Assembly (NCBI GenBank): GCA_036563665.1 | Contig: DATCLY010000025.1 | Location: 21,042-85,041 of the forward strand | Origin: Gammaproteobacteria bacterium | GTDB lineage: Bacteria; Pseudomonadota; Gammaproteobacteria; Steroidobacterales; Rariloculaceae | Direction: 5' to 3' | DNA length: 64,000 bases | Shown here: positions 26,860 to 34,619 of the stretch, piece after piece | How positions within the stretch are numbered: position 1 is the stretch's first letter | Layout: every line of letters starts with the position of its first letter | Notes under the pieces: generated by a model | The model's input: only the letters and a program-made list of their open reading frames with translations | Told to the model about the DNA's origin: nothing | The model's database searches: none | Translations under genes and position numbers: made by a program

Positions 26860-29643
26860 TCAGAAGTTGAGCCGCATCCCGAGCCGGAAGCTTCGTCCGA
26901 GCGTGTCGTACAGGCCGCGGTTCGTGATGGGGTAGCCGATCGCGTTCTCCGCCCCCTGCCCGGCCGGGTCGTCCACGAGGACGGGATCCGTGTCGAACAG
27001 GTTCTTCACGCTCAGGAACACCTCGGCGTCGAGGCCGCGCAGGTTGAACGTGCGCGAGGCGTACGCGTCGAAGTACACCTCGCCCTCCACGCTGTTGTCG
27101 TTGATGGTGTAGTACGGCGGCTCGACCTCCGGGCAGTCGGTCACGCATTCGATGTATGCGTTGCTGATCACGCCGTCGCTCACGCCTCGCGCGATCAGGT
27201 TGAAGCTCCACGCATCGCCCATGCCGTAGCCGAACACGATCCGATAGGTCCAGTCCGGCGTGCTGCCCGCGTTCGAGCCGGCGTTGTCGATGGCCGTGAC
27301 GCCGTCGTCGACGATGTCGTCGATGTAGCTGGTGGCGAGCGCGCGCACGCTGAACGTGCCGGGGCCGACGTCGTAGGACCAGCTCGCTTCGTAGTCGACG
27401 CCCTTGGCCTGCATGCGGTTCAGGTTCTCGTAGTAGAGATCGATCGTGCTCAGTACGCCGTCCACGTACTTCATGTTGTCGCAGTAGCGCTGCACGTCGA
27501 ACACGAAGCAGAAGTCCGCCGTCTGCTGCGCGCTCACGAAGCTGATCACACCCGAGATGTCCACGTCGTAGTAGTCGATGGACGCCGCGAAGCGAGGCGC
27601 GAAGCCGGGCTTGAGCACCAGGCCGACACCGAGCGAGTCGGCCTCCTCCGGCTTCACCTTCGTGCTGCCCATGAGGTTCTGCACGAAGGGCACGGACTGG
27701 CCGTTGATCGCCACCGCGTTGGTGCGCGCCGTGCCCGTCTCGAAGAGCTCGGCCAGGTTCGGCGAGCGGATGTCGCGCGACCTGGTCATGCGCAACGTGA
27801 CCGCGTCGACGGGCGAGTACACGATGCCGGCCTTCCAGGTGCGCACGCCACCGGACGTGCTGTAGTCGGTGTAGCGGGCCGCGGCATTGAACTCGAGGCG
27901 GTCGAGCAGCGGAATCACCGTCTCTCCGTACACCTCGGCGACGTCGTACTCGCCTTCCGTCACCTTGTAGTTGCCGTACTTCCAGCCGTTCTGGTAGATC
28001 GGGTCGACCTCGCCGGTCATCTGCTCCTTGCGCCACTCGGCGCCCATGGCGAACGAGATGTCGCCGGCCAAGCCGCGGAAGTCGTTCGTCGTGAAGTTCA
28101 CGGCCACGACGTCCTGCTGGAAGCGCTGCTCGCGCCGCGGCCGGCCCAGCACGTAATCGAGCGCCTCCTGGCTCGCCACGCCCACGCCGAAGCGGTTGAG
28201 CGGCACGCAGCCGTTGTCGGGGTCCGTCAAGGTCGAGCGGCAGACGATCTCGCCCGTATCCGGATGGAAGACGGCGTCGGTGGCGAGCGCCAGCCGCTCG
28301 AAGTGGAACGTCGGCGTCTCGTGCTCGTCGGTCTTCGTGATGCCCTTCTGGTAATAGGTATCCCACGACCAGGTCTTGCCGAACGCGTCGAGGCTGCCGT
28401 TCGCGCCGACCACGTAGCGCGTGGTGTCGCGCTCGTTGTTGCTGCCGGAGGCCGGCATGTCGGCGTTGCTCGTGCCCATCGTGAACGTCTCGAGGCCCAG
28501 GTCCTCCATCTGCTGCCGGACGGACGCGGGCAGGAAAGCGTTGTCACGCCGGATGACGATGCCCGTCTGGGTGGGCCGGATGTAGTAGCTCAGGCCTTCA
28601 TACGCGGCGTGCGAGGCCTGAAAGAACACCTCGGTGTCGGGTCCGACCATGTAGCCCAGGCGAGTGAACAGGCTGTCCCGCTCGTCGTCGGCGAGCAGCG
28701 AATTCGTGCCGATCATGGCCGAGCCCGTGTACTCCCAGTCCCCGCCGACCATCCACTGGCCGGACACCTGACCGTAATCCAACTGATGCACCGAGCCGCC
28801 CTCGCCGAAGTACGTGCCGCGCAGCGGACCGGACGTGATGAGGCCGCCCGGCGCGTACGCGGAGATGCCGATGCCCTCCGAGACGAGGTAGTAGGGAGCG
28901 CCCGGAGACTTGTCGGGATTGACGATCCCGAAGTACCCCGTCCGGGCCCAGTCCTTGGCCGTATAGTGGATGCCGTCCGAGCTGTACGTCTCCCCGCTCA
29001 CGAGAAGGTGGGCCCTGTCGTCCGCGAAGCGGTGGCCGGCCGTGACCGTGATCTTGCGGTTGTCGTTCTCGCCGTCGAAGGTGTGGCCGTACTGCACCTC
29101 GGACTTCACGCCCGTGAATTCCTTGTCGAGGATGAAGTTCACCACGCCGCCGATCGCGTCTGAGCCGTACGCGGAGGAGGCGCCGCCCGTCACGACCTCC
29201 ACCTGCTTCACCAGCGACTGAGGGAAGGTATTCGTGTCCACCTGCCCGGTGGACGCCGACACCACGGAGCGCTGACCGTCGAAGAGCACGAGCGTGCGCC
29301 CGGTGCCGAGCGAGCGCAGATTGAGCGCGGCGATGCCGGCCTGGCCGTTCGACAACGAGCCCGAGTTCGTGGTGGAAGTGGAGCTGCCCTTCACCGAAGG
29401 CAGCGTCATCACCAATTCGGCGACGCTGCCGGGCGCATACATCTGGATCTCGTCCTCACCGATCACCGATACCGGCGTCGGCGTGTCGTAGCCGTTGCGC
29501 ACCACGCGGGAGCCCGTGACGAGGATCTGCTCCACGCTCTCGGTGGGCGGCGCGCCTCCCGCCGCAGGGCTCTGGGCGCGAGCCACGCCCGACATGGACA
29601 CGACGGCAGGAATGACCAGGGCGCAAGACCTGAGCGAGCTCAT
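26860..29643 (-). CDS. TonB-dependent receptor
   Basis: ORF 26860..29643(-), 927 aa. Signal peptide, TonB box/plug (EQILVTGSRV, DTPTPVSVIGEDEIQ, GQRSVVS) and a terminal beta-strand ending GRSFRLGMRLNF. Confidence 0.95.
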   Translation of the reverse strand: MSSLRSCALVIPAVVSMSGVARAQSPAAGGAPPTESVEQILVTGSRVVRNGYDTPTPVSVIGEDEIQMYAPGSVAELVMTLPSVKGSSTSTTNSGSLSNGQAGIAALNLRSLGTGRTLVLFDGQRSVVSASTGQVDTNTFPQSLVKQVEVVTGGASSAYGSDAIGGVVNFILDKEFTGVKSEVQYGHTFDGENDNRKITVTAGHRFADDRAHLLVSGETYSSDGIHYTAKDWARTGYFGIVNPDKSPGAPYYLVSEGIGISAYAPGGLITSGPLRGTYFGEGGSVHQLDYGQVSGQWMVGGDWEYTGSAMIGTNSLLADDERDSLFTRLGYMVGPDTEVFFQASHAAYEGLSYYIRPTQTGIVIRRDNAFLPASVRQQMEDLGLETFTMGTSNADMPASGSNNERDTTRYVVGANGSLDAFGKTWSWDTYYQKGITKTDEHETPTFHFERLALATDAVFHPDTGEIVCRSTLTDPDNGCVPLNRFGVGVASQEALDYVLGRPRREQRFQQDVVAVNFTTNDFRGLAGDISFAMGAEWRKEQMTGEVDPIYQNGWKYGNYKVTEGEYDVAEVYGETVIPLLDRLEFNAAARYTDYSTSGGVRTWKAGIVYSPVDAVTLRMTRSRDIRSPNLAELFETGTARTNAVAINGQSVPFVQNLMGSTKVKPEEADSLGVGLVLKPGFAPRFAASIDYYDVDISGVISFVSAQQTADFCFVFDVQRYCDNMKYVDGVLSTIDLYYENLNRMQAKGVDYEASWSYDVGPGTFSVRALATSYIDDIVDDGVTAIDNAGSNAGSTPDWTYRIVFGYGMGDAWSFNLIARGVSDGVISNAYIECVTDCPEVEPPYYTINDNSVEGEVYFDAYASRTFNLRGLDAEVFLSVKNLFDTDPVLVDDPAGQGAENAIGYPITNRGLYDTLGRSFRLGMRLNF

Positions 29644-30442
29644 GCGACTAACCCTCCCCGTGAATGAGCGAAAGTGAACGAAGCTCTTCTGGGAGGGAGC
29701 GGGAGCATCGGCCGTGCCAAGCCCGCGACCGCTCCCGCCATGAGGATGATGAGAAAGCGAGAGCGACGACGGTCGCCGTCGACGAGCGCACTGCGTCGAG
29801 GACGGTGGGGCGACGAGTTTTCTTTACGGCGAGAGCACTTGGGCGTGTCGGCGTCGGCGCCGCACGCAACGTCGGCGACTCGCGTGAAAAGAATTCAATT
29901 CGCGTCCGGCGCCGTCGGCACCGACTCGTGCCGCGCGAGCGCGCTGCAGCGCGTGCCTCTCACGAAGGCAAGGGAGCCCGCGACTGCGCCAATTTCGATC
30001 GCGGCGAGCGCGCGCACGCGAACGGGCGGCAGGCACGCGCGACGCCAGGCGGACACCGCTGCCGCGCTTGCGTTCGGTGCAGGCTGCGCCTCGTCGTCCT
30101 CGCCGGCGTGCACGACGACGAGCGCGCGCACCGGGAAACGGCAGGCGGTCACGTTCGTGGCGCGTCGGCGGCTCTCGATCGTGCGCGCGCGCACTTCGCC
30201 CGCGCGTCAGGCGCGCCGGGAACGACCATCCGGCGAGATGGATGGCCGCCGGGCGCCCCTCTGCATGCGCCGTGGTGGACCGGATTTTCGGCGGATCCGC
30301 TCCACGCGCGGGCAGCGCGCTGCACCGCGACCGCTCAGGAGCGGTACGTAAGGTTCAAACGCCGCGCGAGGAACGAAGGCTTCGGCTATCATTCGGCGAC
30401 TGCCGGCGGACGAGCCGGCCACCTTCCGAGGAGAACTAGAAC

Positions 30443-30925
30443 ATGCGAAGGGTGCTCACGACGCTGCTCGGGCTCACGGCGGCGACATGGCTGATGGCGG
30501 CGCAGGCGCAGGTGACGGTCATCGCCGTTCGGCTCGGCGCGGACGACGTCGTCGCGCTCGCGAAGTTCTACGAGACGGCATTCGGCTTCAAGGAGATCGA
30601 CCGCGTCGGGGACCCGGCGACCGAGATCATCATGCGTTACGGCAGCACGGTCGCCGAGGCCAAGGCAGGCTCGTCGCCCGAGTTCCTGCTGCAGAAGCGC
30701 GAGGCGGGCGCCGCCCCGGACCCCATTCACCACGCGGTCTTTCGCGTGCCCGACATCGCGGCCGCGGTGGCCGCCGCAACGGCCGCGGGTGCCAAGGTGG
30801 AGCGCGACGTGGTCACCGTGCCGATCGGCGGCGCGCCGATCAAGATCGCCATGCTCGTCGATCCCGACGGGAACGCGATCGAGCTCATGGAGCTACCGGA
30901 GGATCTCACTCACCTGCCTCATTAG
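30443..30925 (+). CDS. Secreted VOC (glyoxalase/bleomycin-resistance fold) protein
   Basis: ORF 30443..30925(+) with GAGGAG upstream. Signal peptide MRRVLTTLLGLTAATWLMAAQAQ. Blocks FYETAFGFKE and HHAVFRVPDI..MLVDPDGNAIELME. Confidence 0.85.
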   Translation: MRRVLTTLLGLTAATWLMAAQAQVTVIAVRLGADDVVALAKFYETAFGFKEIDRVGDPATEIIMRYGSTVAEAKAGSSPEFLLQKREAGAAPDPIHHAVFRVPDIAAAVAAATAAGAKVERDVVTVPIGGAPIKIAMLVDPDGNAIELMELPEDLTHLPH

Positions 30926-30949
30926 CACCGACTCGAGAGCGCAACGCGC

Positions 30950-31848
30950 GTGCGCGCACGCCGCGGAGTTCTCCTGGCAGATCGTCGGCACCGTGCAGGA
31001 GGCCGAATTCGCCCGAGACACCGAGGCCGACGGAGCGACGCTGTCCGCGACGTATTACTTCCGACCGGTGGACGACTCCAACGGCCCGTACGCGCTGGCG
31101 CCGTTCCTGGACCGGAGCAGCCGCATCGGCGCGACCTACTCGGAGGACAAGACGACGTCGCTCGCCCCGTCCATCTCGTCCATCGGACCGATCCCGCTGC
31201 CGCCGCGGCCGCCGGTCACGGTCGTCACGCGCGCCGCGGGACGGTCGTTGTCGGGCCGGTACGTGTGGCGCGAGTCGGGCTGGTACGTCGGCGCCGCGCT
31301 CGCCGAGACCGGTGCCGCGCATCCGGCGCCGCTGCCCACGCCGTTCAGCGTGCTCGGCGACGACCTCGAGACGCGCTCGCTCACGCTCAGCAAGTACGTC
31401 GCCCGATCCACCGGCCGTCGAGCTCTCCGCGCTGCACGTCGGCCGCTTCGGCCGGTTCACCTACTCGCTGTCGGGCGGCGTGACGGCGAGCGATACGGAT
31501 GCCCGGAGCGAGGTCGTCCAGACGCCGGTCCTGCCGCCGCCGCCCACTTTCCCGGCCCCGCCTTTGAACATCGTGAACCCGCCCGCCGGCGTGATCACCG
31601 TACCCGTCGCCTCCCCGTCCGCGCGGTCGGAGCGCTAGGCCGTGGCCGGGGAGCTGTTTCCGACGGCGGCGCTCGGCGTGCGCATCGGTTACGCGCGCTG
31701 GGACGGCGACGACGCTCTCGACAAACTCTATGACGTCGGCGTCAGCTGGTTTTTCCGGCGCCGCATCGGCGTGCAGGTCGGATGGAGCCAGACCGACTCG
31801 CGTCTGCCGATCGAGACCGTGACGCTTTCTCCGATCGGCCGGCTCTGA
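30950..31848 (+). pseudogene. Probable decayed outer-membrane beta-barrel gene (frameshift plus in-frame TAG, no start or signal peptide)
   Basis: Protein-like sequence with alternating hydrophobic residues runs through three pieces. Frame 0 (about 30960..31410): AEFSWQIVGTVQEAEFARDTEADGATLSATYYFRPVDDSNGPYALAPFLDRSSRIGATYSEDK. Frame 1 (31417..31635): VELSALHVGRFGRFTYSLSGGVTASD. After TAG 31636..31638, still in frame 1: ELFPTAALGVRIGYARWDGDD..YDVGVSWFFRRRIGVQVGWSQTD. Confidence 0.3.
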
Positions 31849-31880
31849 GGCCGCGTCTGCCGCGAGCGCGCCGTGCCGCC

Positions 31881-32084
31881 CTAGCGGGCGGCCTGCAATC
31901 GAGGGCTTTCGGCCGGCAACGGGCCAACGCGCGTGCCGGGTCCATCGGCCGACGCGCTCGCGTCCCGCCCCTCGGCACGGACGGGCTCTAAGGCCTCGGA
32001 GTCTCCGGGCCGTCTCGAGAGGAACTCGGCCGCTTCGGCGTAAAGCTCGTCCACGAGGCTCGGGCGTCGGTTCGCGGGGTTCAT
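31881..32084 (-). CDS. Small hypothetical protein (67 aa)
   Basis: Internal ATG 32084 of ORF 31881..32234(-), preceded by GGAGGA at 6-nt spacing. The product MNPANRRPSLVDELYAEAAEFLSRRPGDSE... has no recognised domain. Confidence 0.3.
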   Translation of the reverse strand: MNPANRRPSLVDELYAEAAEFLSRRPGDSEALEPVRAEGRDASASADGPGTRVGPLPAESPRLQAAR

Positions 32085-32457
32085 CCGTGTCCTCCAGGCT
32101 CGTCGATGGATGCGCGGCTCCCCCCGGGCCGAGGGGGCGCGCCGGAAACTGCGCCAGTCTTCGGACGCCGCGTTGCAACACCTGTGCCATCTGGACGTCA
32201 CATCGCTCGCCGCGGCCAAGGCCCCGTTCCACACGGGCTTTCGTCAAGTGCCGCGAGCGGCCCCTCGGGCGGCGACACGCGCGGTGCACCGCGACGGCGC
32301 AGGCGGACCGCGGCGAAGCCTCCTGACGGCGCACGGCGGTGGGGAAGAGCGGCACGGCGCTGCCGCCCGGCGAGATAGGGGGAGCGGCGCGGCCCCGTCA
32401 CCGGCCGAGACGCGCCGCGGCGTCCAGCCCCTCGGCGCGCCCCGCGGGGCGGCCGCG

Positions 32458-32916
32458 TCAGTCGCGCTTCATCTTCAACAGCGCCCCGCCGAAGAACCCT
32501 TCGACGCTGTCGAGCTCGATGATCAGCGCATTCCCTTTGCGCTCCTTGTCCTGACTCTGCTCGAACGGATGCGCGTTCTCGTAGACGCGCTTGCGGACCT
32601 CTTCGCTCGTGTCGATGCGTGCACGGCCCCTGAAGATCATGAAGTCGCGTCCGTCTTCACGGAAATCGCCGTAGATGAGCGCCACGGCGGGATTCCTCTT
32701 CACCGCGGCGAGAATCGGGCCATCGGGCATGCGCACCCAGATCGCGAGGGCCGTGTCGCTGTACGCCTGCGTGCTGCCGCGATACGAGAGCTTGGGCGCG
32801 TTGTTCTCGTCGACGTACGCGATGGCGATGGGCTTCCTGCGCTCGAACGCCGTGTTCACGGCCTTCTTCATCTCCTCGGACAGCTTGAGCTCGGTCAGGA
32901 CGGGTGGTGCGCTCAT
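32458..32916 (-). CDS. Pyridoxamine 5'-phosphate oxidase-family (FMN-binding split-barrel) protein
   Basis: ORF 32458..32916(-), 152 aa. Lower-GC, clearly coding composition. Blocks PIAIAYVDENNAPKLSYRGS and NPAVALIYGDFREDGRDFMIFRGRARI. Confidence 0.82.
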   Translation of the reverse strand: MSAPPVLTELKLSEEMKKAVNTAFERRKPIAIAYVDENNAPKLSYRGSTQAYSDTALAIWVRMPDGPILAAVKRNPAVALIYGDFREDGRDFMIFRGRARIDTSEEVRKRVYENAHPFEQSQDKERKGNALIIELDSVEGFFGGALLKMKRD

Positions 32917-32978
32917 CTATCGACTCCCTGTTATTCGACGCGAGATGATATCGCAGGCGCCCGGCACGGCGACCCCGC

Positions 32979-32996
32979 GCGGCAGTCGACTGCCGC
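32979..32996. other. Perfect 18-bp palindrome GCGGCAGTCGACTGCCGC
   Basis: Read directly from the sequence. It lies in the 141-nt spacer between the NB-ARC gene stop (33058) and the PNPOx-family gene start (32916). It could act as an RNA hairpin (7-bp stem, TCGA loop) or as a dimeric operator. Confidence 0.3.
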
Positions 32997-33057
32997 CTCC
33001 CGCGTCGCTCAGGACCTTCACGGACGGCGCGCCACCGCCACGGCCCGCGGCCAGCCC

Positions 33058-34203
33058 TCAGCGCACCACCTCGCTGAGCCTGCGCGCCAGCGCTTCGATC
33101 CTGAGCAGCGCCTGCATGTCGTTCTTCCGCGAGGCGTGCTCCATCGCCGCGAAGAGGTGCGATTGCTCGAGCTCGAGGCGCTCCGGATGCCGCTCGAGCA
33201 GCGTCACGTAGTGCGTGAACACGCGCTCGGGATCGATCTCCGTGCGGCGCGCCACGGCGTGGCGGACCACGGCATGCAACGTGTAGCGCCCCTCCACCGG
33301 CTGCTGCACGAGGCGCCACCGCTCGAGCTCCGCGAGCGCCGCGCCGAGCCGCGCGACGCCCGCGAGCTCGGCGAGCGACGCCGTGTCGACGTGATCGCCT
33401 TCCACGTGCGCGAGCACCGCGAGCGCGCGCCGCGCGGCCGTGCTCAAGCGCGGCCACGCCCACTCGATGAGCAGCGCGATCTCGGGAAGGTCGTCCTCGT
33501 GCTCGAGCGCGCGCACCCGGGTCACGCCGGCGTCGCGCAGGAATGCCGCGAGCTCCTTCACGCTCGCCGCGCGCGACGCCACGATGCCGTCCGCGATGTC
33601 GAGCGCGAGCGGGTTCCAGCGCAGCAGACGCGTGAGCGCCGCCACGCGCGGGAACGCGGTCTCGCCCGATGTGACGAGCGGCGCCACCACGGGGAAGATG
33701 AACACGCCCGCGAGCAGGCAGCGGCGGGCGGTGATGACGAAGGTGGCCTTGCAGTCGGGCAGCGCCTCGAACAGGCGCGCCACGGCCGCGTCGTTCTCGT
33801 GGTTGTCCAGGACGATGAGCCGCTCGGGGCCCTGCGCCAGGAACTCCGCCAGGCGCTGCACGCGGCCGTCGCCGCGCCCCGTGCCGAACCGGAGCGCCAG
33901 CATCTCGCTCAGCGTGTAGAAGCCCCAGGCGCCCGAGCGGAACCAGTCGATGCGGCCGCCGAACGCGGCCCGCAGCCGGTGCCCGAGCGCCGCCGCCAGC
34001 ATCGACTTGCCGCTGCCGCCCGCGCCGACGAGCGCGATGCGCGTGGGGCGCGTGGCGAGCACCGTGCTCGCGAGCGTCGCGAGCTCTGCGCCGCGACCCT
34101 TCATACCGCGGGGACGCGGCGGAAAGATCGAGCCGCGTCCCGCCTCGCGAGCGCGTGCTCGCGGGCGGGAGCCGGACGGCAATCTCTGGGAACGCCGGGT
34201 CAA
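33058..34203 (-). CDS. Stand-alone NB-ARC/STAND-type P-loop NTPase (no effector or repeat domain)
   Basis: ORF 33058..34203(-), TTG start. Walker A VGAGGSGKS, Walker B LIVLDNHEND, sensor block FVITAR, a GxPLAL-like RWNPLALDIA motif and a winged-helix segment (RRALAVLAHVEG). Ends after one or two helices at 381 aa. Confidence 0.8.
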   Translation of the reverse strand: MTRRSQRLPSGSRPRARAREAGRGSIFPPRPRGMKGRGAELATLASTVLATRPTRIALVGAGGSGKSMLAAALGHRLRAAFGGRIDWFRSGAWGFYTLSEMLALRFGTGRGDGRVQRLAEFLAQGPERLIVLDNHENDAAVARLFEALPDCKATFVITARRCLLAGVFIFPVVAPLVTSGETAFPRVAALTRLLRWNPLALDIADGIVASRAASVKELAAFLRDAGVTRVRALEHEDDLPEIALLIEWAWPRLSTAARRALAVLAHVEGDHVDTASLAELAGVARLGAALAELERWRLVQQPVEGRYTLHAVVRHAVARRTEIDPERVFTHYVTLLERHPERLELEQSHLFAAMEHASRKNDMQALLRIEALARRLSEVVR

Positions 34204-34220
34204 AGGTATGCCAGGCCGAG

Positions 34221-34619
34221 TCAGCGCTGCGTGAGGTACGCGACGAGCGCGTCGAGATCGGCGTCGTCGATCTCCGTCTTGCGGAAGAACGGCATCGTCG
34301 CCACGCCGTTGCGCACGAAAGCCCTGACCGCCTCCGGCGTGAGATCCGTGCGATCCTCGAGCGCGGCCGGCACGGCGCCCTGGTACTTGTGCTGCAGCGA
34401 CGTCGTGCCGGGCGCGTTACGCGTGTCGCGGCTATGGCACGCGCTGCACCAGTTGTTGAACACCGCCGCGCCGCGCTCGACGAGCGTGCCGGCCGTCTCG
34501 TCGGCGGCCGTGGTGCGGCTCCAGGCCGCGATCGGCCGCGGCGCGTCCTGCGCGCTCGCCGCTGCCGCCGCCGCCAGCGCGCCCGCGAGCAGCGCCTTCG
34601 CCCAGCCCCGCGCCGTCAT
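34221..34619 (-). CDS. Periplasmic mono-haem cytochrome c (flavocytochrome c small subunit-like)
   Basis: ATG 34619 overlaps the upstream stop (ATGA). Signal peptide MTARGWAKALLAGALAAAAAASAQ. Haem motif CSACH and a distal MPFF methionine region. Confidence 0.85.
   Translation of the reverse strand: MTARGWAKALLAGALAAAAAASAQDAPRPIAAWSRTTAADETAGTLVERGAAVFNNWCSACHSRDTRNAPGTTSLQHKYQGAVPAALEDRTDLTPEAVRAFVRNGVATMPFFRKTEIDDADLDALVAYLTQR

Noticed and set aside
29664-30494. 276-aa and overlapping ORFs inside the long spacer upstream of the TonB receptor
   Set aside because: They are Arg-rich shadow-type translations with no signal peptide, SD or recognisable motif. I treated the region as non-coding or relic, pending BLASTX.
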